From: Harriotta raleighana
Lineage: Eukaryota
Assembly: GCA_050575255.1 (NCBI GenBank)
Contig: JBNZDD010013660.1
Location: forward strand, 2,810,463-2,874,462
DNA length: 64,000 bases
Direction: 5' to 3'
Shown: piece after piece, positions 1-12,457 of the stretch
How positions within the stretch are numbered: position 1 is the stretch's first letter
How the letters are laid out: every line of letters begins with the position of its first letter
The notes under the pieces: model-generated
Told to the model about the DNA's origin: nothing
The model's database searches: none
What the model saw: the letters and a program-made list of their open reading frames with translations, nothing else
Made by a program: the position numbers and the translations under genes

Positions 1-501
1 GGACAGGAACAGGATGGAGGCGAGACGCGAGTGTGTACTGTACAGGTACTGTGTGAGTCTGTGAGCTCGGCGGTACAGTACTCTCCAGCCTTTAGACTGC
101 GCTACGTCACGTGCGATCTGCGTTGCGCTACGTCACGTGTGATCTGCGTTGCGCTACGTCACATGTGATCTCCTGCGTTGCGCTATGTCGCATGTGATCT
201 GCGTTGCGCTACATCGCGTGTGATCTCCTGTGTTGCGCTACGTCGCGTGTGATCTCCTGTGTTGCGCTACATCGAGTGCCAGACTCACAATGAAGCCATG
301 TAAGTATAGTAATATTTTATTTTATTTACAGAACTGTACATATTAGGAGGGGTGCAGGGGAGAGAGGGCAGCTCACTATACACTACAACCAATCACTGTA
401 TGTTACTGTAAGCATTATAGGGGGGTGACTCGACTTACATACAAATTCGACTTACACCACATCTTAGGAACCTAACCCTGACGTAACTTGAGGACTGCCT
501 G
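1..501. mobile_element. Right end of a Tigger/pogo-like (Tc1/mariner) non-autonomous element, nested in a MITE
   Basis: Ends cgtaacttgaggactgcctg followed by TA (502-503), i.e. a CAGGCAGTCCTC-type TIR. Subterminal cgacttac repeats. The left end lies outside the window. Confidence 0.7.
99..274. repeat. CpG-rich minisatellite, about 6.4 copies of a 26/29 bp unit
   Basis: Unit gcgctacgtcacgtgtgatct(cct)gcgtt starting at 99, 125, 151, 180, 206, 235 and 264. Confidence 0.9.
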
Positions 502-1310
502 TATACATAATAAATACTGCTGCAGGTAGTGGCCAGAGAGAGAAGGAGGGAGGGAGCGGAGGGCGGAATGGTTAAAATGGAGGAAAAGGATAGAGAGAGG
601 AAGAGGGGGCTGGAGAGACAGAGAAAGAGGGAGGGGGGAATGGAGAGATGGGGGAAGGTAGAGAGAGCGAGAGAAAGAGAGAGAGAGATGGAAGGAAGCA
701 TAATGAAGCGAAAGAGAGAGAGAGTGATGGCAGGCTGGTTGATGCAGAGAGAGAGAGGGAAAGAGAGAGGAAGGGTGGGGGTGAGGGTTGTAGACAGAAT
801 TTATATGATGAATTCAGACTGAATATCTTTGAGGGTGTGTGTCTGTGTCTGTCTGTCTGTGTGTCTATATGGAGAGAGAGAGTGATGGCAGGCTGGTTGA
901 TGCAGAGAGAGAGAGGGAAAGAGAGAGGAAGGGTGGGGGTGAGGGTTGTAGACAGAATTTATATGATGAATTCAGACTGAATATCTTTGAGGGTGTGTGT
1001 CTGTGTCTGTCTGTCTGTGTGTCTATATGTGTGTGTGCTGGCCGCTAGTCAGGTCTAAACTCTCTTCTTTTAAAAGTCGCGTTTTGTTTTACCTCCGTCG
1101 AATCAGTGCTGCAATTACAAAGTTAAGTATCAATAATAATGTACTAATAGAATATTCTGTTATTATTTAGACTATTATTAATATGGTATGTGTTAAAATA
1201 ATTGTTTATTTAATTTTTTTTTATTTTTATGTAAAAACCTGGTTCAACCAGAAATCCGTTTAACCGCCACTGGACAGGTCCCGTGGGTGCCGGATAAATG
1301 GGGTTCAGAC
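502..1310 (+). mobile_element. CAGTAAAA-family MITE, long GA-rich form (copy A, interrupted on the left)
   Basis: Colinear with 27442-28375 and with the reverse complement of 25510-26318. Contains a 158 bp internal tandem duplication (~716-1028). Confidence 0.8.
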
Positions 1311-1318
1311 GAGATTGT

Positions 1319-1500
1319 AATAATTCTAGCTTTTGATATAGCGCTTTATAGAGCTTTTCATGTCTTCTAGATGTCTCAAAGCACTTCACGGAATATACTG
1401 TAAAGTGAATTGACTGTATATTTGTGGGCGAAATGCGGTAGCCATTTGCGCACAGCAGTGTCTCCACAAACAGTCGTCTACTGAGGTGACCAATTTAATG
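1319..1500 (-). mobile_element. Deu-domain SINE 3' fragment
   Basis: Reverse complement of the SINE body and tail seen in full at 17568-17866. Confidence 0.8.
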
Positions 1501-1519
1501 TTTTTATCTCAACTGAGGA

Positions 1520-1712
1520 AATTCTCTGCTATGAACAGTATTCGAAGCAAGAGTTCATAATTCTTTTCAAATGTTATTAGAAAGAAGATTAAAGGCTGTG
1601 GGCAGTATGTACAAGAGTGAAATTAAATTGACTCATGTGGAGTAAAACACTTGATGCGCTGACTTAATGGCCCGAATGGCCTATTTCTTGGCTGTAACAC
1701 TCTATGATTCAA
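1520..1712 (+). mobile_element. Degraded CR1 LINE 3' end
   Basis: aatggcccgaatggcctatttcttggctgtaacactctatgattc resembles the CR1 3' UTR and tail at 20660-20718. Confidence 0.55.
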
Positions 1713-2773
1713 TTTCTGAACACCATTGAAACTTTTAAATTTAATTAAAACCTTACATTTACAGAGATATTGGGTATCATTTATACTATACAAGAAAATT
1801 AATGTTTTGAATGTATTTTTCTGCTGCTGCAATGTTAAATTTATGATGAGATTTCTGGTACCATTTGAAGTAAAGCCTTTTAACAGATAGTTAGTGAGAA
1901 ATTCACGTTGTAGGACGTGATGATAGACAGTATTGCTCATAAGCCAGGTGTATAGTATTACCAAGTTATTTTTTCTCCCCCTTTTTTAATCTCCAAATTC
2001 CATGCATAATTTTCCTGATCATTTGCTGCCTCTTTGCCAACATTACTTTGTAGTTGCCAAATAGAAAGTATGAACGCAGCTTGGAATACTACGTCTGTCA
2101 AAAAAGTCTCTCTTTTTGCCTCCACTTTATGGCTTCTACTTAGGGCATAGCCAAAAGTTGGAATATATCTTTTGGCGAATCACAAGTACGCATTTATGTC
2201 ATTCTACTCGATGGCACATTATGTAAGTACACTATAAACAATGCTGAAATTTGCAACATCAACATAGCACTTCAAAATATTATAGTGCTTTTGATTAATT
2301 ATTATCCCTTCATTTAGAGATGCAATATGAATGCTGTTGCTAAGCAATTTTTAAAAACGTTTGGCTTTATTGAGTTTTCATTTGCTGAGGATTAGAACTG
2401 AGACATGTACCAAAGGGGAGAAAATATAAAAACTAATTGGAAACACATTAATGTTATGAAAATAGACTTATCTTTGCTACGAGTAAAAGATAATGGAAGT
2501 TTGTTTTGCAAAAGAGGTTCCAAATATTGCTTGTAGCTGCAATAACTCCATTGATGATTATTGTTCTAATACAAATCTACTGACAAATCATGAATGCGTT
2601 AGGAAAAGATTCAATCCCCTGACACACATCAGCCAGTTAAAGAATAGGAATGCTAATGTATCATTTACCACAAATGACCACTGTGCAGTTAAATCAACAA
2701 ACAGTTATAGTAGAATGTTGTTTATCTGCACTGTTTATGAACATATCCATTTATAACGGTAGGGCTGGGAAAT

Positions 2774-3543
2774 ACAACCACAACAAAATTACACTTGTAT
2801 CACGCCTTTCCTGTCAGGAGGAAGTCCCAAGGCGCTGGACAGTCATTGCATCAGACGCAAGCTGGGCACGGGATGGGGAGGGAAGGGGGGGATTAGGAAT
2901 TGCCGATGGGACCATCGAAGAGGAGAGTTTTGAGGCGGGATTTGAAGGAGGCAGGGAGGAGCGAGGCAGAGGGACTGAGGGATGGAGTTCCAGCAGTTGG
3001 GGGTAGAGTAGGTAAAGGCTCGCACGCCAATGGTAGGGCGAATGGGTCAGGGAATGTGGAGCAGGCCATAGCCTGTTGAGCGGAGGGGGCGGGCAGGTTG
3101 GTAAGGGGTTAGAGGGTCACAGATATGTGAGGACCAGGATCTTGAATTGGATCCTCGGGGTGATGGGGAGCCAATGGAATCGGGTGAGGATGTGGGAGAT
3201 GGGGTCATGGAGTTTGGAACGGTAGAGGACACGGGCCGCTGGGTTCTGGATCTTCTGCAGTCTATGGAGGGAGGAATTGTGAAGGCCGACAAGCAGTGCA
3301 TTTGCATAGTCAAGCCGGAATGTAATGAAGGCAGGAATGAGGGTACAGCGGCTTTGGGGGTGAGGTAGTGGCGATGTCGAGCAATGTTGCGGAGATAAGG
3401 AAAGCAGAGCGAGTCATTGCTTGGATGTGGGGGAGGAAAGACAGTTGAGGCTCGAACAAGATACCTAGGCTCCTGACTGGCTTGGAGAGGTCGAGTGATA
3501 CCATAGAGGTTGATGCTGGCAGCACCTGATGCGCGAGCCAATC
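2774..3543 (-). mobile_element. L2 LINE 3' fragment
   Basis: Minus-strand remnants such as VRSLGILFEPQLSFLPHIQ and LRNIARHRHYLTPKAA; conserved L2 tail with (TTG)n. Confidence 0.9.
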
Positions 3544-3834
3544 AAACTACCACACAGAAATAATGTTGTGTATATGCAAAATTGTACACAACAGGTTACA
3601 ATAGGAATGCTGTGATCCTGGCTGCATCACAATAATAATATAATTATAGGCCTTGATATAGTTGCCTTAACATCCCATCGACAAGTTTCAAAGCACTTCA
3701 CAGGATATACTGTAAAGTGGTGAGACTGCGTGTATTTTATGGGCAAACGCAGCAACCAATTTGTGCACAGTTTGCAGTATTATCTCACTGGTATATGCAA
3801 CTTGGCACAAGCCCACATTTGAAATTTATTTTCC

Positions 3835-4110
3835 AAATTTTTCTCCCCTGTTGATGTTTGCCTGTGCCCCGAGTCCCCAGTTTCATGCTGTGGTGCAGAT
3901 CCAGGGGTCCAAGTAGCTATTGTTCACTTGTGAACCCTGGCAGTGAGTGTTGGCAGACCACTAGAGGGTGTTACAACCAAGTCAAGCAATTCTCCCCACC
4001 TGGCTAGAGGAAGCAGGAGCAGGAAACCAGGATGGTCTTAATCTCCCTATCCCTAGGGAAGCCAGGGCCAATTAGCTTCTGCATGCAGCCCTGGTGGAGA
4101 TGAGGCATAT
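3835..4110 (-). mobile_element. Old SINE-like repeat, second family
   Basis: Reverse-complement similarity to 16030-16350 and 33739-34090. Confidence 0.55.
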
Positions 4111-6709
4111 CCTACACCTCTGCAAACTTTTACACGATACGCCTTTGGGTTAATGATAGAGATATTGTGATATTTATATATATATTAAGAAAGATAGAGA
4201 TGGAAAGAGTGAGAAATTCAGAGAGAGCAAGGGAGACACAGAGAAGGAAAGACAAACTCGGAAAACGGGAAAGGCAGAGTGAAAGAGAAAGAAAGTTGAG
4301 GATAGTCAGAGAGAAAGAGTCAGAGAAACGTGGAGAAAAGGATTAGTACAGTATGATCATACAGTAATAGAAAGGCATCTGTTGGAACATAGTTTTAATT
4401 AGCACTGTAGCCCATTTGTGTTTTGTGTGATGTCCAATTATCTGCACTGTTTGTTTATTAGCAATGGGCTGGTCCCAATTAATGTGGATAATTGGCTTTC
4501 CAGTGTAAATTAACTTTCACTTCAGTGCTTCTCTCCTTCCCATTCTCTGCATTGTTTTCTTCTTCACATCAAGGTGTGGGATTACATTTTTGTGCCAACT
4601 GTTACATATACCTGATACGATACAGAAAAGCCAGGTGCAGAATTTTCCCCAACCTCCTTTACTGTATCACTGTGAATTCCTCAATTCTCACAGGAGACAT
4701 CTTTATGATGTACAGTATTAATACATTGCTCGTTTTATGCTGAATTGCAAGATTTACTGCTGTGAGCCTGCACCCACTTGCCTTTGCAGTGAAAGTTTGC
4801 ATTGAATTGTCCCTCGTTTCACAATGAACTATACACCTGGCTTTGAGTGGATATGTTCATTGTATTAAACTGAGCTAAATTCAAACTAAGGTTCCAAAGT
4901 TGAAACTACAATGTTCTTTTCCATCAATTTTTTTTTGGAGTATTTAAAGGAGAGCACTAAACATGATCACAAGCAGCGAGGTTAAAGCCATACTGTATAC
5001 ACATGTCAGGCTTATTTATATTAGTGTTGCATTGTAACACTGAAAAAAAGCAATTAGCAGATAATTTTGCATCAGAACAAAATATTTTTTTCAGTGAGAG
5101 ATACTGTTTATTCTGTGGTTTCCCCATTGGAGTGTTTTTTAAATAATAATATTCCTTGCATTTGATATGATAATAATATATTGCCTGATCATGTCATTGA
5201 GATGTCTCAAAGCACTTCACAGAATATACTGTAATGTGAATTGGCTGCATATTTTGTGGGTGAAACCCACAACCTCATTGTTTTCAAATTCTTCATTTTG
5301 GAGCATTAATGTATTGCTTCATGTATTCTTTATAATAGTTTATCATGCAGTATATATATATACAGTATATATATATATATATAAACCCCAACAATTTTAC
5401 AGCTTGTTTCCCATTAAATAATTTCTACCTTTTTAGCTTCAAATAACAAAACATTGCTTTGTGGATTGAGAATGTTGGAGTATTTGTGTCTGTGACAATG
5501 TTATGGTATTCCAGTGGTAGATTTTGCTATCAATGTTAGTACAGTGCTCACAGCACACAGATTAAAACATTTCAGAAGCACTGCATCAGAATAGTACGAA
5601 TCATGGAATTTTACAGTACAAAAGGAAGCCAGCTCTCCCCATAACCCTGTAAACTTGTCCTCTCCCCAAATAATGTAAGATATGAATGTACAAAATGCCT
5701 TGTGAACATATTGTGAATGGAATGAACCAGATCTGCTAATACCTAGTAAATGTCAATAGATCAATACATAAAACACAGGGAAACAGAAACCCCCCCCAAA
5801 AAAACATACGCCACAGTTACATCTACCAAAGGTACAGAGAAAAAATGTAGTTAGTCAACTAGTTTAAACAACTGACCTCTAGGACATAATTGAGGACATT
5901 TATTTATCTTCCAGAATAGACGATAAACTTTTAAGAAACTGTAACTGAAAATTCTCATGGTCTCGCAATTTAAGACCATTATTTCAAAATGTAAAATCAT
6001 GAAGAATTTGGGAAAAAAAAAAAATTTGGTCTTATTTTTTAAAATGTTCTTTTTATGAACTGCAGAAAAACAGTTTTTAAATTAAAATTGAAGTGCATCA
6101 TGCAGAATCTGATTGACATGCTTAAGAGTATTCAAATCAGGCCAAAAGTTCCTTGCACAATCTTCCTGGTCTAGGTTTAATCTTTAATTAACTAATCTGT
6201 TAAACTACATAACGAGAATTAATCCATCTCCCATGATCAGTTTTAGCCACTATCCCTTATAAGAATTTGTTATGTTCCACAGGCTAACTGTCTTATTATA
6301 TTAGAAGCTTTCTGAAACTCTCACTCAGTACTCAACTCTGATAGAATTTAACTCTTTGTCGACCATAACATGAAACCTCAAATACTTTATAACAAGACAA
6401 CCTGGAATGTATTAACTTATTATTTGGTTCACTGCAAGTTAAATAAACATATGATTGACAGATACAATAGCGTAACAGTTGGGCTCCATCTGAAAGCAGG
6501 AAGCTCCACAAAGAGCCTCAGTTATAAAGTTAATACATTTGATATCAGGTTTTAAAAGGCATGCAAACGATATTTTATTAGTAGTTTTGCAGGTTTTCTT
6601 CTCTTGCATTTAGATTGGAAGATTTAGTTGAATCCAGTTGATTTTTTTTGTCTGGTTCTTTAGAGTAGTTTCTTCAAATCTTCCATTTTGTATCTTCCTT
6701 ACTGTCGCT

Positions 6710-6960
6710 GTGGAATCTCAGTGGATAAAGCACTCACCTTTCAAGTGAGAGACCTGGGTTTGATTCCTGATAGGGCGAAACGTTGGGCAAGTTTCCATAC
6801 TCTACACGCCACTAGCTAGTTTACCTAGCAGTAAGTAGAAACCCAGTTGTTAATTGATTGGCGGGGAAATAATTGTTAATCAGATAAATAAATTGGTCAC
6901 TCAATCCACAATTGTTTGATACTGCTGTGGGCAATTGGCTGCCATATTTTGCTCCCCAAA
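6710..6960 (+). mobile_element. tRNA-headed Deu SINE, 5' portion
   Basis: A/B-box-like head (ctcagtggataaagc ... ggtttgattcc) followed by the family body. Confidence 0.8.
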
Positions 6961-9164
6961 TTGAGTTTTTTATGGAGTTGTTGTTATGTGATTAGCACCA
7001 GGCCATCGGAATTCCATCTAGTTCAACTAAAACTACCAAGACCAGTGCAGAGAGTTGATTCCTTACTGATTGCTCGGCTTAACACATTGGAGCCATCTCT
7101 GCCCCAAGAAGAGTCAACCTTCCTCCCGCCGAGGAGGACAGTCACTCCTAGTTGGTCATTTGACATCCAGCAAGCGGATGTTTGAGCCCTCATAAGATGG
7201 ATAACAGGTATCGGGAACTCATTTAGCATAATATGTATCAGAACATTGCCACAATACAAATGAACACATCATGGACCTGCTCCTATGATTGAACAGTGAT
7301 TCCATCATATAGAGGTGCAGGGCTTAGTTGTTTACCTTTCTGCATACCAATCATGGTTTGCTCTATTCCTTGGATAAATGAGTATGTGTTCACAAACCTG
7401 AACTCCCGACACACCTTTGAAGAACTGTCACCTGAAGCCTCACAAGTTTTTTTTACTAGTTACTCAGTGCACACTTGTCTTCTGGTGATGGAAGAATTTA
7501 TATAACTTGTGATGTGCCGGCATTGCAAAAATTACAGACGAATATTGTCACTTCATCAGTTAGCCATAACATTCAGAAACTGCTCACCCCCAACCGATAA
7601 TTACCTTCAATGAGCAGTGATCGGAGAGCAGTCTGATATAGGGTGGAACAGCAAAGTATCCTTTAACAGCATCCAGCAAACATGACAAGCAGTAAGAATT
7701 ATGTTTCTCAGGGAAGTGCTCAATTTATAGTTATAAAGATGCATGTTCCCAGCACTCTGACTTCCTCTGAATCTCAGTCTATCATCAGTAGTGACCATTA
7801 TTATGCCTGCAGTGCTATACGAGATATGTGATAATCATGGCTTAGATGAGTGATGACAGTATTAGTGCTCCCAGAGTTTGAAAGTAAATAATCTGGCTGG
7901 TAGAATTGTGACTCATCAAGCATATAGCAACCCAGTGAATTCGGACAATAAGCAAACATAATTATGCCAGTCTCAGTCTTCAACTATCACGTACAAACAG
8001 TCTTGGCAGATGTAACCAGCTCACCATTATTCATGATTCAAATTTATTCTGTATTTTGAAAAAAAATGTGATGCCGAATGAATTCTCCAATCCTCGAACG
8101 CCTGGTTTTGTGTGGGTGAAACTATTTGTTCTTCTTTCTGGTAATGGAAGGTGTATAATTTGCCTGAGAAAGCAAAACCAGAAAGTTAACCTTGAGGAAA
8201 TATTTCTGAACTACATTGAATAATGTAGAAAAATATTACTGAATCAATATGGGAGTTTTAGCACGGTAAATGTTGTTTTAAAAAGTACTGTAAACATCTG
8301 GTGAGGATTAAATCTTGAAACAAATAGTCACTTTACATTGTAATTTTTTTTAGTGACCTATGTTCCACTGCTGAATTCGGTAATACTGTATCTCCAATGC
8401 GATCATTTGAAGCAGAACATTCTATTTTTAATCTCCAATTGGCTGCTTTCCAATGAATCCGGAAACAAATTGACTAGCAGTTAGCTAATTATTTTCTAAA
8501 GGGTGCAGCACTATACTGGATAGCATGAGCTTGTTGCAGTATATTTTTAACAAAAAATTTAGCACTTACAGGGCAAGCGAAACGAGCAGAACAAACAACC
8601 TCTAAATGTATTTCCTCTTCCTTGATTGACAAAGAAAACACAATACATTAGTATTTAGCTTTTAACAGCCTTCATAAGATTGATACCATCTGGTAGCCAG
8701 ACTTTATTAATGCCTTGACTATAAGCAGTCTGAACAGATCCTATTAGTTGTGGCTCATTAGCTTTACAGCTTTTGATAGATTCAAAAGATATGTTTACCA
8801 GCTCAATCACACCTCTAAAATACTGCAGAGTGATAAAACAGATATTTACTTCAACCACTGGTTATCAAATATTATTTAGGAGCTAATGATTTGCTAATAG
8901 ATCAAAACATGTCCATGCATTTCATGTTCTAATGCCTAATTTGTTCTTTACTCGCTCCACTATGGCTATATCATTTGTATGAAGGAAATGTAGCCAAGAT
9001 CTTATGATAATATTAGTATCATCCTTGCATTGATTTGTTTTGTCAGCAGTATGTCTGAACCATGAAGAAATCCATCATAATGTTTATAATAAATATAATA
9101 ATCTTTGCATTTGTTATAGAGACTTATCAAGTGTTCAAAACAACTTTAAGCATTTTAGAGTGTA

Positions 9165-10184
9165 GTAATAATAATAATTGCATTTGATATAGCACCTTAT
9201 CGCATCTTCGAGAGAACAACAATAAAATTACATTTATAGAGCGCTTTTCACGTCAGGAGGACGTCTCAAGGTGCTGAACAATCAACAACAAGAGCAATAA
9301 CTTTGATTTATATAGCGTCCTCCATGCTGGACAGTGTCTCAGAGGCGCTTCACAATGGAGGATTCCTGGGACCAAACCAGGGGCAGGGGTAGGTCGGGAC
9401 CTGAGCAGTGGGGGAAGGGTTGGGATAGGGGATAGGCGATGGAAAGTAGGAAAGAGGGGAGAGTTAGGAGGGCATCAGATGGCACTGTAGAAGAGGAAGG
9501 ACTTGAGACCGGATTTGAGGGAGGAAAGGGAGGAAGCAAGGCGGAGGGCCTGTGGGATGGAGTTCCACAGTGTGGGGGCAGAGAGGCTTAAAGCCCAGCC
9601 ACTGATTGTAGGGCAGTTTGGGCGGGGGACATGGATCAGGCCAGAGCCCGCTGAACGGAAGGGACGGGAAGGCTGATCGGGAGACAGCAGGTCGCAAAGA
9701 TGAGCGGGGGCAAGGCCGTCCATGGCCTTGAAGGTGAGGATGAGGATCTTAAATTTGATGCTCTGGGGAATGGAGAGCCAGTAGAGATGGGCGAGGGTGG
9801 GAATGATGTGGTCGCGGAGCCTAGGGCGGGAGAGTACACGAGCTGCAGGTGATAGCTGCAGACTTCTCAAAGCACTTCACAGAATATATTGTAAAGTGAA
9901 TTTACTGTATATTTTCTGGGTGAAATACGGCAGCCAATTGCACACAGCAGAATCCCACAAACAGTCACAGATTGAAGTGACCAATTTTAATTTTTTTTGA
10001 AGGAATTATTACCTCAGAAAAGTGATCAGCCAATCGACAAAAAACCAGATTCCTACTCACTGCTAGGTAAACAGAGGCGTGTGGAGTAAGGAAACTTTCC
10101 CAACATTTTGCCCTTCCAGGAATTGAACCCAGGTCTCTCCCTTGGGAGCCAAATACTCTTAACCACTGAAAAACCTGACTCCAC
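9165..10184 (-). mobile_element. Full-length Deu SINE split by an L2 insertion (L2 at ~9215-9860, with two stacked tails)
   Basis: SINE tail at 9165-9213 resumes at 9861 and runs to the tRNA head at ~10184. The intervening sequence encodes an L2 C-terminal remnant (HIIPTLAHLYWLSIPQSIKFKIL). Confidence 0.85.
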
Positions 10185-11187
10185 AAGTAGTAACTGTGTA
10201 TTTGTAGGCAAACACAACAGCCAATTTATGCAATGCCAATAAATAGCCATGAAATAAATGACCAATTTTACCTGATTAGGACACTGAGAGAAACAGTGCT
10301 TTCCTCAGATTTTGCCATGGGATCATTTACATCAACATATGTATACCTTGATTCACATTATTTCAAGAAATGTGGCTCTAATTATTTTAGAATGTATAAA
10401 TGCTGCATGAAGGTGCTCAATTTATTTTCGCTTCTCAATGAGTAGAAAAACACATGATTTTTTTAAAATCCTTGATAGAATGTCTTTCAGATTAGGAGGG
10501 CATCTCAACGTTCTTCACAAAATTGACTTTAAATTGTAATGATACTGTATTTTCTAGGCAAATGCGGCAGCCAGTTTGCACATAGTATTGTCCCACAAAA
10601 AATGACAAAACAGTTTCACCCATAAAACACACAATCATTGAACTTTACAGTATATGCTTTGAAGCACTTGGGCGTCTTCCAGACATGAAAGGCACGATTA
10701 CCAAATGTGAGGATTATTATTATGAGGTGATTGACTATTAGTCGCCAAGTTTATTCCAGGAAGCTGTTTATAGTCAATGATTACTTTCTATGGCCTGCAG
10801 GCCTAAGCGGCTTTCTTGTAATTTAGTGGTTACTTCTACCAGCAGCTTTGTGTTCTGATGTGCAAAGCCTGGGGCAACTGGAGAGTGAGTAAATTAAAAT
10901 TCTTTTAAAATGCATTTAAAATAATTCAGTGCAACCTCTGCATAAATTAGTTAGGAATTAATCCCAGGTACAGTATATACATGTTCATCACTTATCAGTG
11001 GTTCTTGCGAATCAGAAACTTTATAGCCTTTTTAATTTATTGGTTATAAATTGAACAAGGCGGCACTATTTCAAATTTCTTTGTTGAAGGGAATGGATAG
11101 AAAATTAACTAAAGGATAGATAACTAAGGTTTGGATTAAGTAGATATTTTTAAGATTGGAGAGATCTAAATAGTGTCTCCAAAGTTT

Positions 11188-11630
11188 ACAACAACAATAA
11201 CAAATTACACTTGAATAGCAACCTTCACATTGGAATGACTTCCCAAGGCTCAAGACATTCAGGGGTTTTTGTACCAGGTTTGGTAGTCAGGGGCAGAAGG
11301 GAGGAGGGCAGGAGAGGTGACTATGGGAGGGTGTCTAAAGAGGAAAGTTTTTTTACGGGACATGGAGGAGGTAAGAGAAGGGGTGAGGCAGAGGGAATGC
11401 AAGATAGAGTTCCAGTGTATGGGGCAGAGATATTGAATGCCCGATCACCGATGGTGAGGCGGAAAGTGAGGGGGAACCTGAAGCAAACCGGTGTCCGCCA
11501 AGCTGAGGGAGCAGATACACTGCTATGGGGTTATGAGGTTGGAGAGGTAGTGGGGAATAAGACCGTGGAGGGCTTTGAAGGTGAGAATAAGGATTTTGTG
11601 CTAATTTTTCTGAGGGCCAGTGAAGCCAGG
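11188..11630 (-). mobile_element. L2 LINE 3' fragment
   Basis: (CAA)n tail on the + strand, L2 tail motif and LAWLHWP remnant. Confidence 0.8.
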
Positions 11631-11693
11631 CAAGAACCAGGTTGTTTGGTTTATGGAACCTGGTGCGGAAAGTTATTGATATATCATCTAGAC

Positions 11694-12457
11694 CAGTGGT
11701 TCCCACTCAGGTCTCAACCCAAATCAGGGTTGAAAGGGTCCTCAGAAAGGTCTCGAAGGGTTATCAAAAAAAAAATTCCCCTTTTTTTAACATTGAAAAT
11801 GCTTTATTAATGCTAAAAAAAGCTTTGAACGCTGAAAAAATGCGACATCGCCAAACAATTTGGATAAAGAGCATACTTATGAGTTGTGCTGAGTCTACAA
11901 AACAGACGGAGATAACGTATTATCACGGCCATTCACGGCCTTTCTCTCTGACCTGCTGTCTCCCTATCAGCCTGTCCGCACCCTTTGGCCTGCTCAGGCC
12001 TGCTCCACGTCCACCGACCTAACCACCCAACCATCTGTGGCCAGGCTTTCAGCCTCTCTGCCCCCACTCTTTGGAATTCCATCCCTCAGTCCCTCCGCCT
12101 TGCTTCCTCCCTTTCCTCATTCAAGGCCGGTTTCAAGACCTTCCTCTTCGACCGCGCCTTCAGTTCCCCCCCACCCTAACTCTTCCCACTCTCCTTCCCC
12201 CTCCCCCTATCCCCAATTCCCCCCATGCTTGGGTCCCGACCTGACTGTTCAGCGCTTTGGGACATCCTCCGGACGTGAAAGGCACTATACAAGTGTAATT
12301 TTGTTGTTGTTGTATTGGCTGAGCTGAACTTCAGCCCCCTAGTGGTGCGAGGACTGGTTGAAGGCTAATATGGGTCGCAGCAAAAAAAGGTTTGGGTCGC
12401 GAGGACCTGCTGGTGGTTAATTTGGGTCACAGCAAAAAAAAAGGTTAGGAACCACTG
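11694..12457. mobile_element. hAT (Charlie-like) MITE with a nested L2 fragment
   Basis: TIRs cagtggttccc / ggaaccactg. 8 bp TSD atctagac (11686-11693) vs atttagac (12458-12465), matching the NTCTAGAN preference of Charlie elements. Subterminal gggtcgc repeats. Confidence 0.9.
11925..12312 (+). mobile_element. L2 LINE 3' fragment inside the hAT MITE
   Basis: AFSLSAPTLWNSIP...SFKAGFKTFLF remnant; tail gcgctttgggacatcctccggacgtgaaaggcactatacaagtgtaatt(ttg)n. Confidence 0.9.

Noticed and set aside
99-274. CRISPR-like short repeat array
   Set aside because: The units are contiguous with no unique spacers, there are no cas genes, and the context is vertebrate. It is a minisatellite inside a DNA transposon.
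805-822. Box C/D-like words atgatga...ctga in the MITE
   Set aside because: They are too close together for a snoRNA, lack a terminal stem, and box C is not kept in copy C.
435-1048. R/E/G-rich ORFs (also 25768-26308 and 27897-28157)
   Set aside because: These are translations of the GA/CT low-complexity interior of a MITE; frames are not conserved among copies.
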